Program-made: the position numbers and the translations under genes
The notes under the pieces: generated by a model
What the model was told of the DNA's origin: nothing
Seen by the model: only the letters and a program-made list of their open reading frames with translations
Database searches by the model: none
Shown: piece by piece, positions 34,582 through 48,800 of the stretch
Position numbering within the stretch: the first letter of the stretch is position 1
Layout of the letters: every line of letters starts with the position of its first letter
Origin: Eledone cirrhosa
Taxonomy: Eukaryota
NCBI GenBank assembly: GCA_964016885.1
Contig: OZ024743.1
Coordinates: 85,064,001 to 85,128,000, forward strand
Direction of reading: 5' to 3'
DNA: 64,000 nucleotides

Positions 34582-35725
34582 TTAACTGTATACTTTGTGA
34601 AAAGTTCTATGGAATTTATGCAGGCAGATAGAAAACAAATCTGAGCGTCTATTTATTATGGATTCTAGGTTAGAGATAATGGTAAATTTTTCATTTAGGC
34701 AGAGATTACAGATTTTAGATAGAGAGCTGTTCAAGTATGAGGATGCAGAAGAAATCTTTTTCCAAAAGATGTTATATTTAATGTTTTTGTCTTTTAAGGA
34801 CCATATGAGTTCTGAGAGAGCAGTGTTAGTTCTTTTAAGTTTGTATTTGAAAGATGAATGATGATTATAGAGATGAGCTTTAAAAGAGGTGGAAGTGGAG
34901 CCAAAATAGGTGAAGGAATTGGTGCTAGTTATAATTTTACATTCATAAATTAAGTTTTTATCGAGGCAATGGTTGTTGAGAGGACATTTATTTTTAATGC
35001 GGCAGTTGCAATTAGAGAGATTATTAATGAGTGATCTAGTGTTATCTATAGAAGGAATTGGATTGGAGAAGTTGTTTGCGATAGGAATAATAGGAATAAT
35101 AGTTTCTTGATTTAGAGTTGGATTATGAACATTTAGCGAAGTTGTGTTTGACGTTGCATTTGGGTTTACAGAAGTTAGCCTAGGGTTTACAATGACGTCA
35201 GGAGTACTATTACTGTTATTATGAAATTCAATATTGGAAGGAAGAGATTTAGTATTTAATATTTTGTTGTTGTGTTTAGAGATGATGTTGGAAATATTGG
35301 AGGATGTAGAATACGAAAATTTGATGGTGTGTTTGTTAAATATTTTACTATAGATATGTGAGGGAGGGAAGCATTTATTTAAGGCACTAAAAAATAATTT
35401 AGGAATATTGTTATTAATAGAGATGGAGAAAGGAGCATTATACCAGATTATGTTTTTGTATCTAGGTCTTTTATTAGAATTATTGGAATGGTTATGATTA
35501 AATATTCTACTGTAAGTTTTCCTAGAATTTGTTTCTTTATTATATTTGATTTTATCTGGATAGCCGGCTTTAGAAAGTGCGTTATTATAGTAATTGGCGT
35601 TAGCATCAAAGATGTTTTTATTAGAAGATATGTTAGATATTCTATTTCCAATATTATTAACTATAGCATTCTTGATATTGGTAGGATGGTTAGATTTAAA
35701 GTTATTCCTTAACTTTAAATCTAAC
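34582..35725 (-). CDS. Naiad-type PLE RT thumb + GIY-YIG endonuclease, 5'-truncated but open
   Basis: SNHPTNIK, RISNISS, YNNALSKAGY, IIWYNAPFS, KIFNKHTIKFSYS, CNCRIKNKCPLNNHC, LIYEC...YFGST, TALS, CNLCLNEK, NRRSDLFSICLH. The start in the ORF track lies inside the inverted fragment and is artefactual. Confidence 0.88.
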
Positions 35726-35742
35726 CATATCATGTTCTCCTG

Positions 35743-35809
35743 TTTTATCTGATGAAAACACAAATATTATTGTTTGATGATGTTTGTTTTTGAAATGCGC
35801 ATAATAAAA
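35743..35809 (+). ncRNA. Type I hammerhead ribozyme (family C), inverted copy
   Basis: TTTTAT CTGATGA AAACACAAATATTATTGTTTGATGATGTTTGTTTTT GAAA TGCGCA TA ATAAAA. Confidence 0.85.
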
Positions 35810-35850
35810 TATATTGAACTCCTTTAACCATCTTTTGATCTTATATTATG

Positions 35851-36453
35851 TATATATATATATATGTATATGTATATATATGTATATATATATATATGTA
35901 TATATATATATGTATATATATATGTATATATATGTATATATATGTATATATATATATGTATATATATGTATATATATATATGTATATATATGTATATATA
36001 TGTATATATATATATATGTATATGTATATATATGTATATGTATATATATGTATATGTATATATATGTATATATATGTATATGTATATATATGTATATGTA
36101 TATATATGTATATGTATATATATGTATATGTATATATATATATGTATATATTTGTATATATATATATATGTATATATGTATATATATGTATATATATATA
36201 TATGTATATGTATATATATGTATATGTATATATATGTATATGTATATATATGTATATGTATATATATGTATATATATGTATATGTATATATATGTATATG
36301 TATATATATGTATATATATGTATATGTATATATATGTATATGTATATATATGTATATATATATATGTATATATATGTATATATATATATGTATATATATG
36401 TATATATATATATGTATATATATGTATATATGTATATATATATATGTATATGT

Positions 36454-36487
<34 letters not shown>

Positions 36488-36966
36488 ATACATATATATA
36501 CATATACATATATATACATATACATATATATACATATACATATATATATATATATATGTATATGTATATGTATATATATGTATATGTATATGTATATATA
36601 TGTATATGTATATATATATAGATGTATATGTATATGTATATATATATATATGTATATAGATGTATATGTATATATATATATATATGTATATAGATGTATA
36701 TGTATATATATATGTATATAGATGTATATGTATATATATGTATATATATATATGTATATATATATGTATATGTATATATATCTATATATATATGTATATA
36801 TATATATGTATATATATATGTATATATATATATGTATATATATATGTGTATATATATATGTATACGTATATATATATGTATATATATATATATGTATATA
36901 TATATGTATATATATATGTATATATATATGTATATATATATGTATATATATATATGTATATATATG

Positions 36967-37030
<64 letters not shown>
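35851..37030. repeat. (TA)n/(TATATG)n microsatellite, representative of many such tracts at 19.4-43.5 kb and 54.4-63.9 kb
   Basis: Direct reading; source of the YIYI/CICI ORFs. Confidence 0.97.
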
Positions 37031-37033
<3 letters not shown>

Positions 37034-38450
37034 TAATCATCATCATCATCATTTTACGTCCGCTTTTCCCTGCTTGCAAGGGTGGGATGGGTCTTATTCA
37101 GCACAGCATCTCTCCACTCGTCACGGTCCCTCGTCATCTCCACCGTGAGCTTCAATGATCTGAGGTCTGTTCTCACCACCTCCGCCCATGTTTTTCGTGG
37201 TCTACCTCTACCACGTCTTCCTTCAACTGGCATTTCCTGGCACTTCTTCACCCATCGGTCATCCTCCATGCGCATCACATGTCCATACCACCTCAGTCTC
37301 CTCTCCCGTACACTACATTCTAACCCTCTCAGACACAGTTTCTCTCTCAACACATTTATGCTGGGTCGTTCACGCACATTTACACTGCACATCCAACGGA
37401 GCATGCTTGCCTCATTTCTCTCCAGCCGTCGCATATCTTCTGCGGTTGCTGCCCATGTCTCACTACCATGCAGCATCGCGCTCCTCACACAGGCATCATA
37501 CAACCGGCCTTTCGTACGCAGGGAGAAACCCTTCTTCGTCAACAGAGGAAGCAGCTCCCTAAACTTCTTCCAACCCGTCCTTATTCTAGATACTATGGCC
37601 TCGGAACACCCTCCTCCCATGCTAATCTGATCTCCTAGGTACCAGAAGCTATCCACCACTTCTATAGCGCCCTCTCGCATTTGAAAAATGTGTCTAACAG
37701 TGCGACTTCTACTGTCTAATTTCCCTGTACATCTACTGCATACATATTTCTCCCTACCTGTTAGTTTGCCTGCTATCCCGCTACATCTCTTGTGTACCCA
37801 GGACCTGCATTGTGTGCATTTTATAGAATTTATGCCAGTTCCTTTTCTGCATATCGAACATGGCCATTTCCCTGACGGAATCAGGGTTTTGTCCTCTTTT
37901 CTACTCATCAACACTTTTGTCTTAGCTAGATTTACTCTCAGTCCTCTTGCTTCCAACTGCTGTTTCTATAGCCGGAATTTATTCTCTAGCTCCTCTACTG
38001 ATTCTGCTATAAGAGCCAGATCGTCAGCATAGAGAAGTTCCCATGGACAGCCAGTCTTAAACTCCTCTGTTATGGCTTGGAGGACTATAATGAACAAGAG
38101 CGGGCTGAGGACCGAACCCTGATGTACTCCTACTTGTATCTGGAATTCCTCACTAAACTCCATTCCTACCCTGACTTTACTGAGAGTACCTCTGTACAAA
38201 GTTTGCACTGTCCTCACAAGCCATTCCTCAACACCTAGCTTCCTTAGGGACCACCAGATGACAGATCGGGGTACCCTATCAAAGGCCTTCTCTAGGTCAA
38301 CAAAGGCTAAGTATAGTGGCTTATTCTTCTCTAAGAACCTCTCTTGCATTTGTCTCACCAAGAAGAGGGCATCTGTTGTACTCTTCCCAGGCACAAAACC
38401 AAACTGCATCTCATCTAGTTTGGCCCTTTCTCTAATTAGTTGTGCTAAAA
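37031..38450 (-). mobile_element. 5'-truncated RTE-clade LINE (RT + Cys-rich insert), one frameshift
   Basis: [48 protein letters not shown]...[21 protein letters not shown]; (GAT)n tail. Confidence 0.93.
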
Positions 38451-38480
38451 TCCTTATATATATATATGTATATATATATG

Positions 38481-38531
<51 letters not shown>

Positions 38532-38592
38532 GTATATATATGTATATATATATATATATATGTATATATATGTATATATATATATATATATA

Positions 38593-39019
38593 TTGGCGGT
38601 ACTCAGTAATAGAGAAGACTCGCCTTACCTAAATACAAAGTCAAACCTACTACAGTCAGTAGGCATCTCTAACAAAATACACCCCCGTCCCACCACCCCC
38701 ACCCCATCCACACCGCCCCTTTCAATGTAAAGTTATGTTGGTGGCACATCATCCAGGCCGAAACAAATGAGGTCGTGTAGGTGTCACAACAAAAAAAACA
38801 CACAGTCCACGCTGTAATGTGGCCGTGTAGGCAACACGGTAAAAACCTCCCAGTCCCACACTGTAAATGTGGTTGGTGTTAGGAAGGGCATCCAGCTGTA
38901 GAAAACCCGCCAGACAGTCCTATGCGAGCAAGACAACCACTCTTGCCTCAAGTGGGAAAACTCCCGTCCAAATCCATGCAACCGTGGAACATGGACGTTA
39001 AACGATGATGATGATGATG
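38593..39019 (+). mobile_element. RTE LINE 3' end fragment with (GAT)n tail
   Basis: Same start as 31509; ends GGACGTTAAACGATGATGATG. Confidence 0.87.
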
Positions 39020-39055
39020 TATATATATATGTATATATATATACATCATCATCAG

Positions 39056-42000
39056 GCCATGTCTAACTTAATAGCACCACCTGGCGAAGTCTTTCAATTC
39101 AGGATTTGGGCACCATGGCCCATTCGAGAAGAGAATTAGTGTTTGCGGAGACATATCCGGGTGTGGGTGGTTTGTCCGGGATTACTTGGAGAAATTTGTC
39201 CAAAGACTTCTTGAATTTTGTGTGGTCAGTTTCTGTTTTGATGTGTCCTGGTGTGATGTTGAAGAGAGCAGGGCCAATTGAGGTGAAATAATTGTGCCGT
39301 ATTGTTGTTATGAGTTGCGATTTAGATTTTTGTTTGGGGCGGATAGCACGGGGCCCAAGCCTTGCGTGTATTTTGAAGGTGATGCCAACATCATTTGGGC
39401 AGTGCTGATGAAACATTTTCCACATCATGCAGATAATATAACGCTCACGGCGACGTTGGAGTGAGTAAAATTTCAGCTTTTCTAGTCGACCCCAGTAGTC
39501 AAGGTCTGACATGTCATCTATCTTTTTCGTGATTGCCCTTTGGGGAGCTTCAAGTTTCATGATACTTTGTCTCATGTGGGGAGACCACAGTGGACAACAG
39601 TATTCAAGGTGTGGTTGGGCAAAAGTGGAGAAGAGAAGGATAATGGTGTGGGAATCTCTCGACTGGAAGGTTCTGAGGATCCAGGAACACATTCTGCGGG
39701 CCATGTCAACTTTGCTGCTTATATGCGTGGCCCAGCTTATGTTGCTGTCCACGGTTACTCCCAAGTCTCTGATGTTGTTAGATGCCACGAGAGTTTCACC
39801 GGAGGGAAGGGAGTATGGGAGTTTCAGAGCATCCTCTTTTCCAAAGTGGATCAGTTCGAATTTGTCTTCGTTCAGTAACATGTTGTTCTTTTCCGCCCAT
39901 TGGGTAAAACCAGTAGGTCTGACTGAAGGCTTATCCGGTCATCCACGCCATTGATGACCTTTTGGAGCTTGGAATCATCAGCGAAAATTCTAATGTTGTT
40001 GTGTTTGATGATGTCAGTGATGTCATTAATATAGATGATGAAGAGAAGTGGGCACAACACAGTGCCTTGTGGGACTCCACTACTGACTTTGGCTGGGCTG
40101 GATTTGACTCCTTCAACTACAACATGTTGGGTTCTGTTTGACAGGAAGCTCTTGATCCACTGCAGCAGCTTTCCAGTGACACCAATATTGGACAGCTTTC
40201 TCAGTAGAATGTGATCAACCCTGTCAAAGGCCTTGCTGAAATCAAGGTAGATAACATCAGTGTTGGAACCCTCTCCCAAGGCTCTCAAAATGTCATCAAA
40301 GTGATGCAGTAGCTGTGTCAGGCAATCCCTTCCATTACGGAATCCATGCTGGTTGGAGTTCAGCATATTGTTACTCTCAAGGAAGTGAGTCATTCGCGAT
40401 CTCACCACTCTCTCAAATACCTTAATGATATGAGAGGTGAGTGAGATTGGACGGTAATTCACGGCAAAGGATTTGTTTCCTTTTTTGAAAACTGGGACAA
40501 CAGACTGGGATAGAAGGTTTTCTGGCACATATCCAGCATCCAGTGAGTTCCGCCACAGATTGGCAAGAGGAGATGCAAGTTGGTGTTGACACGCCTTCAA
40601 GACACAAGCAGGGAACCTATCGGGACCTACTGCTGAATTATGCTTGATTTTCTTTATTGTCGCTAAGACAGCAGGGGCGCCAAACGTTATGTCCGATAAG
40701 GTGTAATGGGGAGTAACATCGCCGATACAGCCCAGATCGGCCATATCAGGATTGCTGAAAACAGAGCAGTATTGTTTCTGCAGTATCTCACCCATGGTTT
40801 TAGCATTGTCTTGAAGAGTGCCATTTTCATCAATTAGAGGGCCAACAGTAGAGCCAGTGATTTTGTGTTTTTTTGCAAATGAAAAGAACACTTTGGGATT
40901 GAGTTTGATCTTCTCAATGGCCCAGGCCTCTTCAGCTCTTCTCTGATTGTTGATGATAGACATCATATTGTTTTGGAGGTTATGTTTTTTAGTCTCTAGT
41001 GATGAAAATGGCAGTCAAGTTGATGTGTTGCTGCTGACAGTATTTCAGCTTGTTGATTTTTTTGTTAGTTCTCTTAATTTTCCTGATGAGCGTTTTTCTA
41101 TTTCTAGGGATTCTGCTCTTAGATTCGTTTATAGTTCTTAATGGGGTGTGTTTTGCACATATGTTTGTAACAGTGCCCACAAATGTCTGCCAGGACTTTT
41201 TGATGTTAGTGGGTGTGTGAGTGTGCGTGAAAGACCAGTCAACATGTGCAAGATCATGACTGATCGCTTCCCAGTTTGCATTGTGGAAATCCATAGCGTC
41301 AAACGGATGGACAGGAGAGATGACATTGGGTTTGTATATTGGACGGTGGAATCTCAGATCACAGAGAACCATGTCATGATCAGAGAGTAGAGTTTTCTCC
41401 ACTGCAATATTGTGGATAGTGTCAGTGTGATTGCTGAAAATTAAGTCTAGGACGTTTTTGTGGCACCTTGTTGGTTCGAGCACCAGTTGGGACAGGAAGA
41501 AATCATCCATGAAGTCAAGAAGCGATTCCACTGCTTCTCTGTCAGAGGTTGAGGCAGAAGAACCTGGTGGCAGGCTGTTTGTGGACCAGTCAACTCCGGG
41601 GAGGTTGAAGTCCCCCATCATTAAGATGTTGTCAGGGTGACACTCTTGGATGAACCACTTTATGCTGTTGAGGCATTCCTTGAAGCATGGTAGAGGCGTT
41701 TGGGGTGGCCTATAGAGCCCAACTACTAATAGGTTGTTGGTTTGACTGAATACAGTGACTGCTTTGCAGTATCCATTAGAAAATATGTTCATAGCCTCTG
41801 TTGAGAAAGAATTATGGACATAAATGGCAGTCCCACCCTTTCTTCTGCCAGCGCGATCAGCATGGATGGCTTTGAAATTTTTCACTTTCACCTCGGCTTC
41901 CAAGTGGAGGTTACTGAGATGGGTTTCAGTGAGGACGAAGAAAGGGATGTGGTTTGGATAGACATCAACCCAGTCCTCCAGGAATTTGATCTTCCATTTT

Positions 42001-42128
42001 TGAGTATTGGTGGAAGGGCTGATGCCTTGGGCGTTAAGCAAAAATGTTGAGGCGAGAGTGGATGGTTTTAATTGTTTTGGTGTGTTGTTAATTTGTTTGT
42101 TTGTTAATGGCAGCAATGGGAGTTTGTG
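39056..42128 (-). mobile_element. CR1-group LINE, ORF2 (APE + RT) with frameshifts, ORF1 missing
   Basis: LNAQGI, LTETHL, LYRPP, GDFNLP, LDLIF, SDH (EN); NYRPISLTS, QHGFR, YLDFSKAFD, SGVPQG, FADD (RT); LEYCCPLWSPH, SLQRRRER. Confidence 0.92.
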
Positions 42129-42144
42129 CATATATATATACATA

Positions 42145-42176
<32 letters not shown>

Positions 42177-42248
42177 CATATATGTATATACATATATATA
42201 TGTATATATACATATACATATGTATATATACATATACATATGTATATA

Positions 42249-42281
<33 letters not shown>

Positions 42282-42384
42282 ATACATATATACATATACA
42301 TATATATACATATATATACATATACATATGTAGATACATATATATATGTATATACATATATATATGTATATACATATATATATG

Positions 42385-42424
<40 letters not shown>

Positions 42425-42479
42425 TATATGTATACATATATATACATATATATATATATACATATACATATATACATAT

Positions 42480-43089
42480 GGTGGCTGCCAACTCGTTTTC
42501 GAGTACGGCCACTACTTTATAACCATGTAGGAGAACCCCTACCGATACGCTGAACGAGTGTGACTTTTTAGTCCAGCCAGCAACTTGAAAACTCTGGTAC
42601 AAACACTACACTTGTGACAATTATTGACACATAGTGCTGGACCCATGGTACCATGTAATGACAAGTGCAGAGAGATCTCCAGATACAAAGCAATGCCTGT
42701 GCCGTGAAGCTTTTATAGTGAGCAAAGGCACTGCACAAAGCCAGTCCCACTCTCTTAACCAAGATGATATTTACCAAAAAGAAGAACAAGTCAACATCAT
42801 TGGATACCATCAGGGTTGCAGGTGTTATATCAGAGTTTTCCTTCTCCTAGAATTCTGCCTTGACAAAGGCTAAGGGGTCATCTCTCCCGGTGATTTTGGA
42901 TGGCCATTGACTCTTAAGAGCTCCTTTGCCCTTTGACAGGTTTTGTTTTTAGTCCTGCAGGATGTCCAAAGTCACCCTCCTCACCAAGAAACCTTAGTGG
43001 GGTTGCCAGTTTAGTCGCCAACGACCCGACCATGAGACAGGTTGTACTGGGATACATGTTACCAGTAGCACCAAGTGGTGACCTGACAT
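42480..43089 (-). mobile_element. Third copy of ~610-bp bipartite RTE-derived element
   Basis: Reverse complement aligns end to end with 32447-33056. Confidence 0.82.
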
Positions 43090-43425
43090 AATATATATAT
43101 ACATAATATATACATATACATATATACATATACATATATATACAGATACATATATATACAGATACATATATATATATACATACATATACATATACATACA
43201 TATATATTCATATACATACATATATATACATATACATATACATATATATATACATATACACATATACATACATATATATACATATACATATATATACATA
43301 TACATATATATACATATACATATATATACATATACATATGTATATACATATATATACATATACATATGTATACATATACATACATATTTATATACATATA
43401 TATATACATATACATATATATACAC

Positions 43426-43458
<33 letters not shown>

Positions 43459-43494
43459 ATTGTGTTGGTAGGTAGGTAGAGCAGTTTAATCTGG

Positions 43495-45830
43495 AAAATT
43501 TGTTTTCCTTTGTTTGTTATGTTTATCAACTAATCTGACCTTCAAGATTCTCACAATCGAATATTTCCTTCACATGTCAACAAATTTGAATTCCATTCCA
43601 ATAAAAAATGACTAGCATTCTGAATGGTTTTTCCACCCACTTTCCGCCCACTTTTTACTACAAAGCTAGTCCTTTTTGGCAGGTTTTCATGTTATAATCA
43701 TTGATAATAATGTGAAAAAATAGTCAATTAAGAGCATCTTGGAGGTCAGATTGGGTGGTAACAACATGAAAAAACAAAAAAAAAAAACAGGAAGAAAACT
43801 TTTCAGACTGAGATCAATACCATGGTGTTATGTAGTATGGTGTAGTTTGGTATGGTGTAGTTATGAGTATCACAGACAATAGGGATCCATGTCATATTCA
43901 TTGATAATGCGTGAAAATATAGTCAATTGTGAGCACCTTTGAAGTCAGTCAATAAAAAATGAAAAAAACAGGAAGAAAATTTTTCACACTGAGATCAAGG
44001 AGTAAGTGTTCTTCAATAGATTTACCATAGTGTAGTTTGGTGTAGTTTAATGTAGTGTGGTCTGCTTTGTTATAATGTATTTCTAGCATAAGGACTTTAA
44101 TTTCCACTTTAATTTAAGTCAGAAAAAATCATTTTCCTCTTTTTTCTTGTGCTCTCAAATAATCTAACCTCCAAGATACTCGAATCCGTCCACTTCCATC
44201 CTCTTTTTTCCTCAAAGCTAGTCATTTCCAACAGGTTTCAAAGTCATAATCATTGATAATATGTGAAGAAATAGTCAATTGAGAGCACCTTGGAGGTCAG
44301 ATTGGGTGGTGAACACAAAAAAAATAAAAAGAGGAAAGACATTTTTCGAACTGACATCAGGTCAAAATGGGTGGTAAGCACACACACACACACACAGACA
44401 CACACACACACAAAAACGATTAAGAAAATATTTCACACTGAGATAGGGGAGGTGTTTTTCAATAAATTTACCATGGTGTGGTATGGTGGAGTGTTGTGTT
44501 TAGTGTGTTGTGGTGTGCTTTGTCATAATGTGTTTCTCCATAACATATGGACTTTAATTTAACATTTTGATTCAAATCTGAAAATTTTTTTTTTTTTTTT
44601 TTCACATGCTATCAACTAATCTGACCTCAGTTGTGAGAAGCTTGGAGGTCAGATTGGGTGGTAAGCATAAAAACAAATAAATAAACGGGGAAGAAAATTT
44701 TCCACAGTGAGATCAAGGAGGTGTTCTTCAATAGATTTACCATGGTGTGATGTGGTATTGTCTAGTTTGGTGTTGTTTGCTGTGCTGTGCTTTCCACTCC
44801 AATCAAAAATGACTAACTTTGTGAATGTTCTTCCCTCACCCTTTTTCCTTCAAAGTTAGTCATTTTTGACAGGTTTCCATGTCATACTCATTGATAACAT
44901 GCGTAAAAAATAGTCAATTGCCAGCACCTTGGAGGTCAGAATGGGTGGTAAGCACAACCACAAAAAAAAAAAAAAAGAAATCCAGCAAGAAAATTTTTCA
45001 GTGAGATCAAGGAGGTGTTCTTCAATAAATTTACCATGGTGTGATGTATTATGGTATAGTTTGGTGTGGTATGGTTTGGTGTGGTATGGTTTGGTGTAGT
45101 TTAATGTAGTGTGGTGTGCTTTGTTATAATGTATTTCCAAAGTAAGGACTTTGATTTAAGTCAGAAAAGTAAGGACTTTGATTTAAGTCAGAAAAAATCA
45201 TTTTCCTCCGTTTTTTCATGTGCTCTCAACTACTCCAAGATACTCAAAATCAACTAGTTTTTTAGCATATTAACAACAAATATGATTTCTGCTGAAATCA
45301 AAAACGACCAACTTTGTGAATTGTTTTTTTCCGCCTACTTCCGCCCTCTTTTTTCTACAAAGCTAGTCATTTTCAACAGGTTTCAAACTCATAATTATTG
45401 ATAATATGTGAAAAAATAGTCAATTGAGAGCACCTCAGAGGTCAGATTGGGTGCTAAGCACAAAAAAAAAAAAAGAGGAAAGTCAGTTTTCATACTGGCA
45501 TCAGGTCAGAATGGGTGGTAAGCACAAAAAAAAAAAAAAAATTTGTAAGAAAATATTTCAAACTGAGATCAAGGAGATGTTTTTCAATAAATTTACCATG
45601 GTGTGATGTGGTATGGTGTAGTGTGTTGTGTTTAGTGTGTTGTGGCCTGCTTTGTCATAATGTGTTTCTCCATAACATATGGACTTTAATTTTACATTTT
45701 GATTTAAGGTGGAAAAATTTGTGTGTGGTATAATCTGGTTTGGTATATAGTGTAGATTCGTGTGGTGTGGTGGGTCATTGTGTTGTCTGGTATAAAGTGC
45801 TTAAAATCTTTAAAATGTAATGCCTATCTT
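43495..45830. repeat. Complex diverged satellite (~0.5-0.6-kb units) with internal inverted repeats
   Basis: Recurrent CAAAGCTAGTC, TAGTCAATTGAGAGCACCTTGGAGGTCAGATTGGGTGG and TGAGATCAAGGAGGTGTTCTTCAATA blocks; reverse-complement TAATCTGACCTYCAAG blocks at ~43530, 44160, 44616. Confidence 0.8.
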
Positions 45831-45836
45831 CTATAG

Positions 45837-48800
45837 CTTAAAAAATGACCTCAAAGATGATTGCAATCAAACTTTTTTCCCTGGATTAATGTTAGATTTA
45901 GGTTTAGTGTTAGGCTAAGTTTTACTGTTAATGTTATATTTATTGTTAGTGGTAGTGTTACTGTTACCGTTACCGTTAGTGTTTGCGTCAGCATTTGTGT
46001 CAGCGTTTGTGTCTGTTAGTGTTTTAGTATTGATTTTTAGTGTTTAGGTTAGTGTTAGTGACGGTTAGTGTCAGTGTGAATGTTAGTGTTAGTGAGTGCT
46101 AGTGTTATTGTTGGCGTTATTGAGTGTTATTGTTGGCGTAATTGAGTGTTATTGTTGGCGTTATTGAGTGTTAGAGTTAGCGTGATTGAGTGTTAGTGTT
46201 GGTGTTAGTGTTAGTGAGTGTTAGTGTTATTGTTGGTGTTAGTGTTAGTGAGTGTTAGTGAGTGTTCGTGAGTGTTAGTGTTAGTGAGTGTTAGTGTGTG
46301 TTAGTGTTAGTGTTAGTGAGTGTTAGTGTTAGTGAGTGTTAGTGTTAGTGAGTGTTAGTGCTTGTGAGTGTTATTGTTTGTGTTATTGTTAGTGAGTGTT
46401 AGTGATAGTGAGAGTGTTAGCGAGTATTAGTGTTAGTTTGTTAGTGTTAGCGAGTGTTAGTGTTAGCGAGTGTTAGTGTTAGCGAGTGTTAGTGTTAGTG
46501 GGTGTTAGTGTTATCGGGTGTTAGTGTTATCGGGTGTTAGCGAGTGTTAGTGTTATCGGGTGTTAGTGTTATCGGGTGTTAGTATTATCGAGTGTTAGTG
46601 TTATCGAGTGTTAGTGTTAGCAAGTGTTAGTGTTATCGGGTGTTAGTGTTATCGGGTATTAGTGTTATCGAGTGTTAGTATTATCGAGTGTTAGTGTTAT
46701 CGAGTGTTAGTGTTATTGGGTGTTAGTGTTATCGAGTGTTAGTGTTATCGAGTGTTAGTGATAGGGAGTGTTAGTTTTAGTGTCGTGTTAGTGTTAGTTT
46801 CAGAGATAGTTTTCAAATTAGTTTTTGTGTTTGAGTTAGTTTTCTGATTAGTGTTTGTATTAGTTTTCATGTTAGTGCTCAGGTTATTGAGTGTTAGTGT
46901 TAGCGTCAGTAAGTGTTAGTGTTAGCAAGTGTTAGTGTTAGTGTTAGCGAGTGTTAGTGTTATCGGGTGTTAGCGAGTGTTAGTGTTATCGGGTGTTAGT
47001 GTTATCGGGTGTTAGTGTTATCGAGTGTTAGTGATAGGAAGTGTTAGTTTTAGTGTCGTGTTAGTGTTAGTTTCAGAGATAGTTTTCAAATTAGTTTTTG
47101 TGTTTGAGTTAGTTTTCTGATTAGTGTTTGTATTAGTTTTCATGTTAGTGCTCAGGTTATTGAGTGTTAGTGTTAGCGTCAGTAAGTGTTAGTGTTAGCA
47201 AGTGTTAGTGTTAGTGTTAGCGAGTGTTACTGTTATCGGGTGTTAGTGTTATCGGGTGTTAGTGTTATCGGGTGTTAGTGTTATCGGGTGTTAGTGTTAT
47301 CGAGTGTTACTGTTATCGAGTGTTAGTGTTAGTGAGTGTTAGTGTTAGTGAGTGTTAGTGTTAGTGTTTATGGTAGTGTTAGTTTTAGTGTCGTGTTAGT
47401 GTTAGTGTTAGTGAGTGTTTTGTGTGAGTGTTAGTGTTTGTGAGTGTTAGTGTTAGTGTTATTGCTATTGTTAGTGTTATTGATAGTGAGTGATAGTGAG
47501 TGTTAGTGTTAGTTAGTTAGCATTAGTGTTAGTGAGTGTTAGTGTTAGCGAGTGTTAGTGTTAGCGAGTGTTAGTATTAGTGAGTGTTAGTGTTAGCGAG
47601 CGTTAGTGTTAGCGAGCGTTAGTGTTAGCGAGCGTTAGTGTTAGCGAGTTTTAGTGTTAGCGAGTGTTAGCGAGGGTTAGTGTTAGCGAGGGTTAGTGTT
47701 AGCGAGTGTTAGTGTTAGCGAGTGTTAGTGTTAGCGAGTGTTAGTGTTAGCGAGGGTTAGCGAGGGTTAGTGTTAGCGAGTTTTAGTGTTAGCGAGTGTT
47801 AGCGAGGGTTAGTGTTAGCGAGGGTTAGTGTTAACGAGTGTTAGTGTTAGCGAGTGTTAGTGTTAGCGAGTGTTAGTGTTATCGGGTGTTAGTATTATTG
47901 AGTGTTAGTATTAGTGTTAGTGAGTGTTAGTGGTAATATTAGTGTTAGTGCTATTGAGTGTTAGTGTTATCGGATGTTAGTGCTATCGGGTGTTAGTGCT
48001 ATCGGGTGTTAGTGCTATCGGGTGTTAGTGCTAGCGAGTGTTAGTGCTAGCAAGTGTTAGTGTTAGTGAGTGTTAGTGTTAGCGAGTGTTAGTGTTATCA
48101 AGTGTTAGTGTTATCGAGTGTTAGTTTTAGTGTTGTGTTAGTGTTAGTTTCAGAGATAGTTTTCAGATTAGTTTTTGTGTTTGAGTTAGTTTTCAGATTA
48201 GTGTTTGTATTAGTTTTCACGTTAGTGCTCAGGTTAGCGAGTGTTAGTGTTAGCGAATGTTAGTGTTAGCGAGTGTTAGTGTTAGTGTTTGTGAGTGTTA
48301 GTGTTAGTCCTTGTGAGTGTTAGTGTTAGTGTTAGTGTTAGTGTTAGTGTTAGCGAGTGTTAATGTTAGCGAGTGTTAGTGTTAGCGAGTGTTAGTGTTA
48401 GCGAGTGTTAGTGTTATCGGGTGTTAGTATTATTGAGTGTTAGTATTAGTGTTAGTGAGTGTTAGTGGTAATATTAGTGTTAGTGCTATTGAGTGTTAGT
48501 GCTATCGGGTGTTAGTGTTAGTGAGTGTTAGTGTTAGTGATAGCGAGTGTTAGTGTTAGTGTTAGTGTTAGCGAGTGTTAGTGTTAGTGTTAGTGTTTGT
48601 GAGTGTTAGTGTTAGTGTTAGCGAGTGTTAGTGTTAGCGAGTGTTAGTGTTATCGGATGTTAGTATTATTGAGTGTTAGTATTAGTGTTAGTGAGTGTTA
48701 GTGGTAATATTAGTGTTAGTGCTATTGAGTGTTAGTGTTATCAGGTGTTAGTGCTATCGGGTGTTAGTGTTAGTGTTAGTGAGTGTTAGTGTTAGTGTTA

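Larger units (their letters stand above)
33184..35850 (-). mobile_element. 5'-truncated Naiad-type PLE (family C) with inverted terminal fragment
   Basis: 35726-35850 is an inverted copy of 33271-33395; ORF remnant 34582-35725; long 3' UTR with internal ~200-225-bp duplications; (TA)n flanks. Confidence 0.88.

Noticed and set aside
40989-42602. 537-aa ORF as one gene
   Set aside because: Chimeric frame running from the bipartite element through a TA tract into the CR1 endonuclease; only the last ~370 aa are real coding remnant.
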